Shown piece after piece: positions 34,897-44,125 of a DNA stretch of 64,000 nt. Positions within the stretch are counted from its first letter, which is position 1. Each line of letters begins with the position of its first letter. The notes beneath the pieces were generated by a model. It was given only the letters and a program-made list of their open reading frames with translations. It was not told the DNA's origin and did no database searches. Both the position numbers and the translations under genes were made by a program. This stretch comes from Bacteroidota bacterium (GTDB lineage: Bacteria > Bacteroidota > Bacteroidia > Bacteroidales > ML635J-15): assembly GCA_051747965.1 (NCBI GenBank), contig JBNJGS010000004.1, forward strand, positions 300 to 64,299, read 5' to 3'.

Positions 34897-37800
34897 ATGA
34901 AAAAAATTTTACTTTTAACGGGTTTCCTGATTTTGTTTGTGTTTGTAATTGCCCAGGATGAATGTAATACAGCAGTGGATATACCAGTGGAATTGTATTC
35001 TACCTGCGGGGAGATGGCCCTTGAGTCCATCGACCTTGGAACAGCTACTCCTTCAACCACGGCACCGGATCCGGCATGTGGCAATTTTGTGAGCGGCACC
35101 ACCAACGATCTGTGGTATAGTTTTACTGTGCCTGCCGGTATTAATACCATGGCGTTTCATGCATTCAATTCCGATGTCATACCCATGCCACTGATGCAGG
35201 ACCCGTCATCACCTGCTATGGCCATTTATTCCGGTACTGATTGCAATAATCTCAACTTGCTTGACTGTTTTGAAAGTACAGGCGATTTCCTGGAAAATGC
35301 TGAAATCCACTGGAATGAAGTTTCAGGCTTAACACCAGGCCAGACAATCTATATGCGGGTCTGGGACGAAGACAATATCGATCAGCAGTTGTTTATTGCG
35401 GCTTCTGTCAGACTGGATTTTCCTGAAGATGAATGTGAGACTTCACCTGAACTGACCACCGGTGGTTGTAATATTCTCAGTACTGCCGGTCCTGCCCAGG
35501 CTCCTGAAGATTGCGGATGGAATTCAAGTGACAATACAATTTTTTATCATTTTACGGTAACAGCCGACGACAGCCAGCCCTATACCATCACTGCAGAAAA
35601 TGGTGAATGTACATCCAATGCCGGAGGGTTAAGCGATCCTGAAATTCAGCTGGCTGTATGGTCATGGGATGGAAGCGACTGCTCCACAGTTGGAGGTAGT
35701 CCCTTATCTGATCCTGCAAACAATTCCGGTTCTTATATGGGTTGTGCCAATGGTACAGGTACGGTGACTTTTTCTGAAAACCTGCCCCCGGGAGATTATA
35801 TTCTGGGAATGGATGGTTATAGTGATCTCAATGGCACTTCGTTATGTACTTATGGCTTTGCTGCTCCTTTTATTGAAGAGGCACTACTGGTTGATCTCAC
35901 AACCACCGATGCCATTTGCGGTGAATCAGGCTCTGCCAGTATCAGTGTTGTTCAATCCTGTACCGGAACACCTGATTATAACTGGAGCACCGGGGATACA
36001 GGTAACTCAGTTTCCGGTTTGACTGCCGGAGCATATAGCGTTACGGTCTCTGATGGCGGCTCATGTGCCGATACTGTTATCAATTTCAATATCATTGATG
36101 ATGGCGATATTTCTGTGGATATATCAACCAGCGGAAATGTCTGTTCCGGACCTTTCGATGCTACAGCGGAGGTAACAGGTGCAGATCCTGCTCTTTGTGA
36201 TTTCGAATGGAGTACTTCCCCCGTGCAAACAACACAGAGTGTATCAGGTTTAACACCCGGAAGCTATACCGTGAATGTCTCATTTGGAACATGTCATGAC
36301 AGCGAAACCGTTGTCGTAGATTATTCCGATGTGCAGTTTAACCTGACGTATGATGATGGCGTATGTGCCGGAGAAACTGCTCAGGCCAGTGTGAATCCTA
36401 CCTCCGGTGATGCTCCTTTTGCTTATGGCTGGTCAACCGGCGACAATACACAAAGTATTGACCTGAACAGCAGTGGCGCATATTCCGTTACTGTGATGGA
36501 TGATAATGGCTGTACCGCATCTGAAACTTTTAGTGTGGATGTATTTCCGGCCATCAACCTTGATGCAGACGTGAATGATAACTTGTGTTATGGAAACCCC
36601 AACGCTTCCATTGATATCAATATCAGCGGAGGTACAGCTCCTTTTGATTTTGACTGGTCCAACGGGGAAAATACAGAAGATATAAGCGGACTTGATGCAG
36701 GAACATACAATCTCACCGTAACTGATGCCAATGGTTGTACCAGTACAGGCAGTTGGGATATCAGCATGCCGGATGAGCTGAGTTTTACTTTTAATGAAGA
36801 TACTGCCATCTGCCAGGGAGATGATGTTTTGCTGCAGGTAAACGCCTCGGGCGGAACACCTCCCTATAATTATCACTGGTCAGGAATGTCGGGAACTACT
36901 ACGGACAACCTGACTGTATCACCCGCAAGCAGTACAACATATGCCGTATCTGTCACTGACGATAATGCCTGTACCACACAGGAGCAAAGTATGGAGGTTG
37001 AGGTGAGTGAAAATATGAATCTCGATATCTCAACAACGGATGCGCTTTGCCATGATGCCTGTAATGGTACTGCTGTTGCAGATATTTCTGGTGGAATACC
37101 ACCGTATTCATATTCCTGGAATTCTGATAACAATCAGGAGGGCGGAATTTGTGCCGGCACTCACAACCTGACTGTCACAGATGCCATTGGCTGTAGTGTA
37201 AGTCAGGTGTTTCAGGTAGATCAGCCCAATCCGCTTACCTATAACCTGTACTCAAATCCGGCAAGCTGTTCATACAGTGAAGATGGACTGGCCTGGATTA
37301 CTGTTCAGGGCGGAGTAGCACCATATAGCTATTTCTGGGAAAATGGAATGACTACCGATTCAGTAGATGTCGGTGGTGGTAATCATGAAGTAACTGTAAC
37401 AGATGCCAATGGCTGCTTCCTGGAGCTTGAAAATTTTGTGGATGCACCCGATCCAATTCAAATTGAAGGCGTTTACAATAAAAATATCTGTATAAATCAG
37501 CCATTCAGCTATTATGCTGCTGCCATTGGAGGTAGCGGAGAATATGACTTCCGCTATTTGGTGGACGGCGATACCGTGGCCTGGTCGCATAAAATTGAAG
37601 ATGTGGACAGCCTGACAGAAACCACAAATTTCAAATTGCTCGTTAGAGACGATAACCATTGTGTGGCAACAAGAGAGTTTACCGTTTATGTTTATCCTGA
37701 ATTGAATATAGGATCATTCTATGCTGATGTGGATACCATATGCAAAGGTGAACCGGTACAACTTTTTACTGAAATGACTGGTGGCAACGGAGGACCATAC

Positions 37801-38769
37801 AATATTTATCTTAATGGAGAACAAATCATTCCGTCACCTGCTACCGTTTATCCCGGTGAATCCGGCTACTACCATATCAGGGTAACTGATGCTTGTTCAA
37901 CTCCGGCGGTCAGGGATTCTGTCTACATTCATGTATGGCCCGGTCCGCCCAACAATTTTGTGTCTGATGTAGTGGCAGGTTGCCCGCCGCTTACAGTCAA
38001 TTTTACAGAAACAAATGGTATAGATAATGCTGAGTTTGAATGGAATTTTGGAGATGATTCTTTTTCCCATGAACATCATCCCAGGCATGTTTTCCGAAAC
38101 AGCGGATATTATTCGGTTACATTAAAACTCACTGATGAAAACGGATGTACCAGAGTACGTGAGAAAGAAAATATGATCCGGGTATATCCAAAACCTGATG
38201 TGGAATTCTATCATGAGCCGGTAGAACCCTCAATTCTGAATCCTGAAGTTACGTTTTACTCGGTTTCATCACGGGTTGACAGCCTGTATTGGTATTTTGG
38301 TGACGGAGATTCGTCAGAATACAGCGCTACCAATGTCAGACACCGGTATGGCGGAGTAGGGGAGTTCGAGGCAATGCTCATTGGTGAAAATGTGCACCAT
38401 TGTTTTGATACAACATATAAAACAATCAATATCAGGGAAGCTTACTCATTTTATGCGCCTACATCATTTACTCCAAACCGTGATGGCATCAATGATTGTT
38501 TCTCTGTTTGCGGACAGGGTATCGATCCCAATGATTTTGTCCTCAGGGTGTATGACCGATGGGGCGAGCTGGTATTTGAAACCACAGAATATGATCATTC
38601 TGAAGGATGTGATGCATGCAATGATGGTTCCTGGGATGGCACCAATCAGGGCAACATCATGAAAGGTGACCATGTCCTGGAACAGGGTATTTATGGCTGG
38701 ATTTGTACATTTAAAGATAAATCCGGTATTGTCAATGAATACAGTGGAAAAGTGCGCCTGGTCAGGTAA
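34897..38769 (+). CDS. Giant adhesin-like T9SS type B cargo (head module paralogous to 33541..34752, SprB-type repeats, PKD-like domains, type B CTD)
   Basis: Signal peptide, then the head module (aa 21-328). Six SprB-type repeats and two interleaved units follow. The last ~350 aa are colinear with the tail of 29372..33487. C-terminal FYAPTSFTPNRDGINDCFSVCG...YDRWGE...CDACNDGSWDGT...VRLVR. Confidence 0.9.
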   Translation: MKKILLLTGFLILFVFVIAQDECNTAVDIPVELYSTCGEMALESIDLGTATPSTTAPDPACGNFVSGTTNDLWYSFTVPAGINTMAFHAFNSDVIPMPLMQDPSSPAMAIYSGTDCNNLNLLDCFESTGDFLENAEIHWNEVSGLTPGQTIYMRVWDEDNIDQQLFIAASVRLDFPEDECETSPELTTGGCNILSTAGPAQAPEDCGWNSSDNTIFYHFTVTADDSQPYTITAENGECTSNAGGLSDPEIQLAVWSWDGSDCSTVGGSPLSDPANNSGSYMGCANGTGTVTFSENLPPGDYILGMDGYSDLNGTSLCTYGFAAPFIEEALLVDLTTTDAICGESGSASISVVQSCTGTPDYNWSTGDTGNSVSGLTAGAYSVTVSDGGSCADTVINFNIIDDGDISVDISTSGNVCSGPFDATAEVTGADPALCDFEWSTSPVQTTQSVSGLTPGSYTVNVSFGTCHDSETVVVDYSDVQFNLTYDDGVCAGETAQASVNPTSGDAPFAYGWSTGDNTQSIDLNSSGAYSVTVMDDNGCTASETFSVDVFPAINLDADVNDNLCYGNPNASIDINISGGTAPFDFDWSNGENTEDISGLDAGTYNLTVTDANGCTSTGSWDISMPDELSFTFNEDTAICQGDDVLLQVNASGGTPPYNYHWSGMSGTTTDNLTVSPASSTTYAVSVTDDNACTTQEQSMEVEVSENMNLDISTTDALCHDACNGTAVADISGGIPPYSYSWNSDNNQEGGICAGTHNLTVTDAIGCSVSQVFQVDQPNPLTYNLYSNPASCSYSEDGLAWITVQGGVAPYSYFWENGMTTDSVDVGGGNHEVTVTDANGCFLELENFVDAPDPIQIEGVYNKNICINQPFSYYAAAIGGSGEYDFRYLVDGDTVAWSHKIEDVDSLTETTNFKLLVRDDNHCVATREFTVYVYPELNIGSFYADVDTICKGEPVQLFTEMTGGNGGPYNIYLNGEQIIPSPATVYPGESGYYHIRVTDACSTPAVRDSVYIHVWPGPPNNFVSDVVAGCPPLTVNFTETNGIDNAEFEWNFGDDSFSHEHHPRHVFRNSGYYSVTLKLTDENGCTRVREKENMIRVYPKPDVEFYHEPVEPSILNPEVTFYSVSSRVDSLYWYFGDGDSSEYSATNVRHRYGGVGEFEAMLIGENVHHCFDTTYKTINIREAYSFYAPTSFTPNRDGINDCFSVCGQGIDPNDFVLRVYDRWGELVFETTEYDHSEGCDACNDGSWDGTNQGNIMKGDHVLEQGIYGWICTFKDKSGIVNEYSGKVRLVR
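35881..37692 (+). repeat. Array of ~65-80-aa Cys-framed SprB-type and interleaved Ig-like repeats
   Basis: Recurrent C.......(V/I)..GG..P(Y/F).(Y/F).W......(L/G).....Y.(L/V)TV.D..GC. Confidence 0.7.
38449..38766 (+). other. T9SS type B C-terminal sorting domain (106 aa) with Cx3C + Cx2C insertion
   Basis: Colinear with 33167-33484. Cys residues fall at the same five positions. Confidence 0.8.
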
Positions 38770-38878
38770 AATCTCCTGCTGAAAATAATTATTCTTTATG
38801 GCAGGATTTCCGGCGGGATAAAGCTTTATTTGTTTTCAATGGAATAAAAAGTGATGGACTGCAGGTGAAATACAGATT

Positions 38879-39292
38879 TTAATCCCCTGTAGTTTCAAAA
38901 TCCTTACTCAGCTTGTCGTCAAACTGCATGGTGTACAAAAGCCACGTTTCATCCGGCCTGTAAAGAATAATTTCAATCTTTACGGGTTGACGATCATATT
39001 TGAGCATATATGAATACCTGACAAAAGAATCTCCTACATTTTCTTTTCTGATGAGCTCTTCACCATAATACTCACCAAGAAGTTTGCGGGAGGTATTAAG
39101 CCGTTCTTTAATGCGGTCGATTCCTTCCTGATTCTTGTTGATGTAAGGATTTGTGGTAAAAATGTACTCAATGGCCTGGTCCGGACTCTTATCAAAGCTG
39201 TCAAAAAACGGCTCCAGAATATCCTCGGGTGATTTCTGGCCCATAGAAATCAACGGGATACTCAGGAGCAGCGTTATGATGATGTGTTTCAT
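38879..39292 (-). CDS. Hypothetical secreted protein downstream of the ECF sigma factor
   Basis: N-terminal signal peptide MKHIIITLLLSIPLISMG. Starts 23 nt downstream of the sigma gene stop. No family recognised. Confidence 0.6.
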   Translation of the reverse strand: MKHIIITLLLSIPLISMGQKSPEDILEPFFDSFDKSPDQAIEYIFTTNPYINKNQEGIDRIKERLNTSRKLLGEYYGEELIRKENVGDSFVRYSYMLKYDRQPVKIEIILYRPDETWLLYTMQFDDKLSKDFETTGD

Positions 39293-39315
39293 AAAATGGA
39301 TTTTTTACGAAACTA

Positions 39316-39906
39316 CTAAAAATTCGCAAGGTTCATGTGATGTTCTTCCATCAATTTACGCATGTTTATCAGGGCATATCTCATGCGCCCTAATGCGGTA
39401 TTGATGCTCACTCCGGTTTGTTCGGATATTTCTTTGAAACTCATGTTCCCGTAATGGCGCATCAGTACAACCTGTTTTTGATCTTTTGGCAGTTTGTCAA
39501 TCAAAAAGCGAACATCTTTTACCTTCTGATCTTCAATCATATGCTCTTCCACCGTGCTGTCTGAAAATTTGGGGGAATTCAGCAAATCAACTTCCGTATT
39601 ATCGTTGGAGTAGGTGTTTTGATTTTTGTTTTTTCTGAAATAATCAATTGTCAGGTTGTGGGCAATTCTTATTACCCAGGAAAGAAATCGACCTTCATCC
39701 TTGTATTTTTTCTTTTCCAGGGATTTGATAACCTTTATAAAGGTGTCCTGAAATAAATCATCAGCAACGTGGGAATTTTTGACAATCAAAAGTATATAGG
39801 TATATACTCTGTCTTTGTGGCGATTGATAAGTTCCTGAATGCAATCTTTGTCGCCTTTAACAAAACGCTCCACAAGCTCCTGGTCTTTTAGCCTGGTTAA
39901 ATCCAT
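39316..39906 (-). CDS. RNA polymerase sigma-70 family factor, ECF-type
   Basis: Region 2 (HVADDLFQDTFIKVIKSL...FLSWVIRIAHNLTIDYFR) and a region 4 helix-turn-helix (MSFKEISEQTGVSINTALGRMRYA). 196 aa. Confidence 0.85.
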   Translation of the reverse strand: MDLTRLKDQELVERFVKGDKDCIQELINRHKDRVYTYILLIVKNSHVADDLFQDTFIKVIKSLEKKKYKDEGRFLSWVIRIAHNLTIDYFRKNKNQNTYSNDNTEVDLLNSPKFSDSTVEEHMIEDQKVKDVRFLIDKLPKDQKQVVLMRHYGNMSFKEISEQTGVSINTALGRMRYALINMRKLMEEHHMNLANF

Positions 39907-39987
39907 ATGTTCTGTTTTTATTAGTTAAAAGCGTAAAGTTTGCGTTATAGGCGACCCTCCATTTTTGTGTTAAACTACGAATTAAAC

Positions 39988-40003
39988 GTTTTTGTTCAAA
40001 AAC
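39988..40003. promoter_or_regulatory. Inverted repeat GTTTTTG-tt-CAAAAAC in the divergent sigma/uvrA intergenic region
   Basis: A 7-2-7 perfect inverted repeat about 95 nt upstream of the uvrA ATG. It is AT-rich, so a chance occurrence is plausible. Confidence 0.2.
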
Positions 40004-40096
40004 TGTTGCACAAAGATAAAAAAAATTATGGTTTTGTGCATCTTTGTACTTTTATTTTTACTATTATACCACACATCAAAAATTGTACCATAACGA

Positions 40097-42874
40097 ATGA
40101 AAGAAAATAAAATACATGTAAAACGTGCCAGGGTTCACAATCTGAAAGAAGTCAGCCTTGATATTCCACACGACAAATTGGTGGTTGTCACCGGCTTATC
40201 CGGTTCCGGGAAGTCAAGTCTGGTATTTGATACCTTGTATGCCGAAGGCCAGCGCCGCTACATTGAAAGTTTGTCATCCTATGCACGTCAGTTTTTCGGA
40301 CGTCTTTCCAAACCCGATGTTGACCTTATCAGCGGCATTCCGCCGGCAATTGCCATTCAGCAAAAAACCGGCACACGTTCATCGCGTTCTACTGTGGGAA
40401 CCATGACAGAAATTTATGATTTTCTGAAATTGCTGTACGCCCGCATCGGAAAGACGTATTCTCCGGTCTCCGGAAGTCTTGTAAAAAAGCAGGATGTCAA
40501 TGATGTTGTTGAGTATCTGGAAAGCAAGCCGGAAGAGAGCAAGGTGTACATTTGTTTCCCCATGGATATTGCAGGGGATAGAAAAGCCAACTGGATGGTG
40601 AATCTCAAAGAAAAGGGTTTCCGCAGATTGTGGCTGAACAGAAAAATCAGTAAAATCGATGAACTCGAACAGGAGAAGCTGGATAAAAAGCAGGTCTGTG
40701 TTGTACTTGACCGTCTGAAAAACCGGCATGACAAAACAACAAAAAGCCGTATCCGTGATTCTGCAGAAATGGCATTCAAGGAGGGTGATAATCGCTGTAC
40801 CATTGTAACTGAGACTGATGGGAAGTATAATCAGAAAAGTTTTTCAACTGTGTTTGAAGAAGACGGGATGCAGTTCGAAGAGCCCACTGAAAATATGTTT
40901 TCCTTCAACAATCCGGTAGGAGCCTGCCCCGAATGTGAGGGTTACGGCAGCGTGATTGGTGTGGATGAAGATCTGGTTATCCCTGATAAAAACCTGTCTG
41001 TCTGGGATGATTGTGTTGTTGCCTGGCGTGGTGACAAGATGAAAAAATGGAAAGACCAACTTATCATAAATGCTCCGAAAGTTGATTTTCCTGTGCACAG
41101 ACCCTATATTGACCTGACAGAAGAGCAAAAGCAAATGCTGTGGGAGGGAAGCCCGGCTTTTCGTGGTATCCGGGATTTTTTCAAATATCTTGATAAAAAG
41201 AAATATAAAATTCAATACCGTGTCATGTTGTCACGCTACAGAGGACGTACCAAATGCCCTGAATGCGGAGGTACGCGTCTGAAAAAAGAAGCCTCCTGGG
41301 TCAAAATCAATAAAACCAGTTTACCGGATCTGGTAAATCTGCCCATAGAAAAGCTGGCTGCACATTTTGATAACATTGCACTATCACAGAAGGAACATCA
41401 GATTGCAGACCGCATTTTACAGGAAATATCCAGTCGTCTTGAATTCATGATGAAAGTTGGCTTGCCTTATCTGACCATAAACCGCCATTCATCTACCTTG
41501 TCGGGTGGAGAAACCCAGCGTATTAATCTTGTGACTTCTCTGGGAAGCTCGCTGGTAGGATCCATGTATATCCTTGATGAACCGTCCGTGGGCTTACATC
41601 CCAGGGATACCCATTTGCTTGTGGATGTTCTGAAAAAACTGCGTAACCTGCAAAACACAGTTGTGGTGGTTGAGCACGAGGAAGCCGTAATCCGTGAAGC
41701 CGATTACATTGTTGATATCGGGCCGGGTGCAGGTTACCTTGGCGGAGAAATTGTGTTTACCGGCTCATTGCCTGAATTGCTCAAAAGCAAACAGTCAATC
41801 ACTGCTGATTATCTCAATCAAAAAAGACATATCGCATTGCCGGAAAAAAGAAAATCATGGCAACACAGTTTGTTGTTCCATGGCTTGCGTCAGAATAATC
41901 TGAAAATCGAGACTGTGGAGCTGCCTCTCGAAGTGATGTGTGTGGTGAGCGGGGTGAGCGGATCCGGCAAAAGTACCATGGTACGTGATATTATCAGCCC
42001 CGTGATTAGCCGTAAGCTGGGAGACTATTCCCGCAAACCCGGCTTATATAAATCTGCCGGGGGGGCTTTTTCCATGCTGAACGATATACAATACGTAGAT
42101 CAGAATCCTATAGGAAAATCATCACGTTCAAATCCGGTTACTTACATCAAAGCCTGGGATGATATCCGGCATCTTTATGCTGAACAAAAGTTATCCGGTC
42201 TTAGAAAATACAAGCCTGCCTATTTTTCCTTCAATGTTGATGGCGGACGTTGCGAAACCTGTAAAGGGGAGGGGCAAATTAAGGTGGAAATGCAGTTTAT
42301 GGCTGATGTGTATCTTACCTGTGATGAATGTCATGGAAAGCGGTTTAAAGAAGATATCCTGGAGGTTGAATTCCATGGCAAAAATATTAATGATTTGCTT
42401 GAACTTACCATCAATCAGGCAATTGAATTCTTTTCTGAAAGCTCAGGTAAATATGAAAAACATATTGTCAGATTGCTGGAAAATTATCAAAAAGTGGGTC
42501 TGGGATATCTGAAAATGGGACAGGCATCCAATACCCTGAGTGGAGGAGAAAGCCAGAGAATCAAACTGGCAAGCTATCTGAGTAAGGAAACAGCAGAACC
42601 AGGATTGTTCATTTTTGATGAGCCAACAACAGGTTTGCATTTTCATGATATTCACAAATTGCTGGATTCTTTGCAGCAACTCAAAAATCGTGGTCATAGC
42701 ATACTCATTATTGAACACAATCCTGAGATCATAAAATCTGCTGACTGGGTGATTGATTTGGGTCCGGAAGGTGGTGATAAAGGTGGCGAAATTGTTTTTG
42801 CCGGCTTGCCTGAAGATTTGGTGAAATGTAAGAAATCCTATACAGGAAAATATCTGAAAGATAAACTGAGCTAA
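40097..42874 (+). CDS. uvrA: Excinuclease ABC subunit A
   Basis: RVHNLKEVSLDIPHDKLVVVTGLSGSGKSSL, YAEGQRRY, two ABC signature/Walker sets, and zinc modules ACPECEGYG...KCPECGGTRL and GRCETCKGEG...CDECHGKR. 925 aa. Confidence 0.92.
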   Translation: MKENKIHVKRARVHNLKEVSLDIPHDKLVVVTGLSGSGKSSLVFDTLYAEGQRRYIESLSSYARQFFGRLSKPDVDLISGIPPAIAIQQKTGTRSSRSTVGTMTEIYDFLKLLYARIGKTYSPVSGSLVKKQDVNDVVEYLESKPEESKVYICFPMDIAGDRKANWMVNLKEKGFRRLWLNRKISKIDELEQEKLDKKQVCVVLDRLKNRHDKTTKSRIRDSAEMAFKEGDNRCTIVTETDGKYNQKSFSTVFEEDGMQFEEPTENMFSFNNPVGACPECEGYGSVIGVDEDLVIPDKNLSVWDDCVVAWRGDKMKKWKDQLIINAPKVDFPVHRPYIDLTEEQKQMLWEGSPAFRGIRDFFKYLDKKKYKIQYRVMLSRYRGRTKCPECGGTRLKKEASWVKINKTSLPDLVNLPIEKLAAHFDNIALSQKEHQIADRILQEISSRLEFMMKVGLPYLTINRHSSTLSGGETQRINLVTSLGSSLVGSMYILDEPSVGLHPRDTHLLVDVLKKLRNLQNTVVVVEHEEAVIREADYIVDIGPGAGYLGGEIVFTGSLPELLKSKQSITADYLNQKRHIALPEKRKSWQHSLLFHGLRQNNLKIETVELPLEVMCVVSGVSGSGKSTMVRDIISPVISRKLGDYSRKPGLYKSAGGAFSMLNDIQYVDQNPIGKSSRSNPVTYIKAWDDIRHLYAEQKLSGLRKYKPAYFSFNVDGGRCETCKGEGQIKVEMQFMADVYLTCDECHGKRFKEDILEVEFHGKNINDLLELTINQAIEFFSESSGKYEKHIVRLLENYQKVGLGYLKMGQASNTLSGGESQRIKLASYLSKETAEPGLFIFDEPTTGLHFHDIHKLLDSLQQLKNRGHSILIIEHNPEIIKSADWVIDLGPEGGDKGGEIVFAGLPEDLVKCKKSYTGKYLKDKLS

Positions 42875-42876
42875 AA

Positions 42877-42924
42877 AAAATCTGCCTGATAAAGCAAAGT
42901 GAGCTCTTATCAGGCAGATTTTTC
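42877..42924. terminator. Bidirectional intrinsic terminator between uvrA and the DUF5606-like gene
   Basis: A 16-bp perfect stem AAAATCTGCCTGATAA/TTATCAGGCAGATTTT, flanked by an A-run and a T-run. Confidence 0.75.
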
Positions 42925-42942
42925 AGGTGCTGTGTTGTGAAT

Positions 42943-43380
42943 CTATTCTTCTTCTTTTTCTTTCTCAGCGACTTCCTTTTCGTACTCTTCAATGGCCTTT
43001 TCATTGAGAATATCCTTGTCAACGAGAATATTGTACCACTGAATGATTTTTTTCATGTCGCCGGGATGCACCCTGTCTTTATCGTACTCAGGCAATACTT
43101 TTTCCATAAATCCGACAATTTCCTCTTTGGGTGATTTGTGACTCAAAACCTTTTCCCCATCGTACAATTCGAAAATATTGTTAAATACTTCCACCAGGGG
43201 TTTCTCTTCATCATTGGTATAGATGGCAACATCCTCCAACGCACTGATTTGTGCAGAGGCAAATGCTGGAAATCTTTTTCCGTTGTCAAGTGATTCTACC
43301 ACCAGGCTGTTTCTGGCCTGTGATACCATTTTGTATAGTCCGGGTTTGCCCCCGATTGCTAAAATTCCTTCCAGATACAT
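42943..43380 (-). CDS. DUF5606-like protein with acidic C-terminal tail
   Basis: LEGILAIGGKPGLYKMVSQARNSLVVESLDNGKRFPAF matches my recollection of the Bacteroidota DUF5606 family. Not searched. Confidence 0.6.
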   Translation of the reverse strand: MYLEGILAIGGKPGLYKMVSQARNSLVVESLDNGKRFPAFASAQISALEDVAIYTNDEEKPLVEVFNNIFELYDGEKVLSHKSPKEEIVGFMEKVLPEYDKDRVHPGDMKKIIQWYNILVDKDILNEKAIEEYEKEVAEKEKEEE

Positions 43381-43414
43381 TTCTCTCTCTCCTTTTAGTT
43401 AATAAATCTTAAAA

Positions 43415-44125
43415 TTATGAAAAATTCTTTTGTGCTTTCAGGGTTTCGTAGGCTTCATTTACTTTTTGAAATTTTTCTGTTGCCGATTTCTGGAAATCTT
43501 CTCCCAGATGACTTACCTTATCGGGATGATACTTAACAGCCATTTTTCTGTATGCTTTCTTGATTTCATCTGGACTGGCTCCTGGTTCAATCTCCAGAAT
43601 ATTATAGGCTGCGTTTGTATCTTTTACAAACATTGACTTGATGGATGAGAAATCCTTTTGGTCTATTCGAAGAAAAGTGCTGATTTTCCGGATCATTTGA
43701 ATTTCTCTTTCATCAGCTTGTCCGTCAGCCAGCGAAATATTAAACAGCAGATGAATCAACTGCAATCTTTCAGCATAGGGCATATTCCGCTGGATCTGCA
43801 TACATACATCTTCCACAGGAATGTCTTTTTTCAGGACATCCCTGAGCATCATAATCGCATCAGATGCTTTTTCCGGTCCAAATGTGTTGTAAAAGAATTT
43901 TTTAACAAAATCCAGCTCGGATTTCAACACTTTATTGTCAGCTTTCATTACCGCTGCAACAAGAACAATCAATGCTGCTGCAAAATTTCCTCTGCTTGAT
44001 TGTGGTGAAGTGATGCTTTTGTCCGAGTCAAAAAAACTGCCAACTGCAAAACCAAGAATCGCACCTATTGGTCCACCCAGGACAAAGCCCAGGCCTCCAC
44101 CCAACCATTTTCCGTATTTAGCCAT
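43415..44125 (-). CDS. djlA: DjlA-like co-chaperone: N-terminal TM segment, TerB-like domain, C-terminal J domain
   Basis: Gly-rich TM segment [24 protein letters not shown]-domain [30 protein letters not shown]. Confidence 0.75.
   Translation of the reverse strand: MAKYGKWLGGGLGFVLGGPIGAILGFAVGSFFDSDKSITSPQSSRGNFAAALIVLVAAVMKADNKVLKSELDFVKKFFYNTFGPEKASDAIMMLRDVLKKDIPVEDVCMQIQRNMPYAERLQLIHLLFNISLADGQADEREIQMIRKISTFLRIDQKDFSSIKSMFVKDTNAAYNILEIEPGASPDEIKKAYRKMAVKYHPDKVSHLGEDFQKSATEKFQKVNEAYETLKAQKNFS

Noticed and set aside
38879-39292. Anti-sigma factor for the upstream ECF sigma
   Set aside because: The protein has an N-terminal secretion signal. It has no cytoplasmic anti-sigma domain, no HxxxCxxC motif and no internal TM helix.
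39907-40096. LexA/SOS box or ECF-type promoter in the sigma/uvrA intergenic region
   Set aside because: There is no CTGT-N8-ACAG or GAAC-N4-GTTC match. On the minus strand a GAAC...CGT pair has only a 14-nt spacer. Only the AT-rich 7-2-7 inverted repeat was retained, at low confidence.
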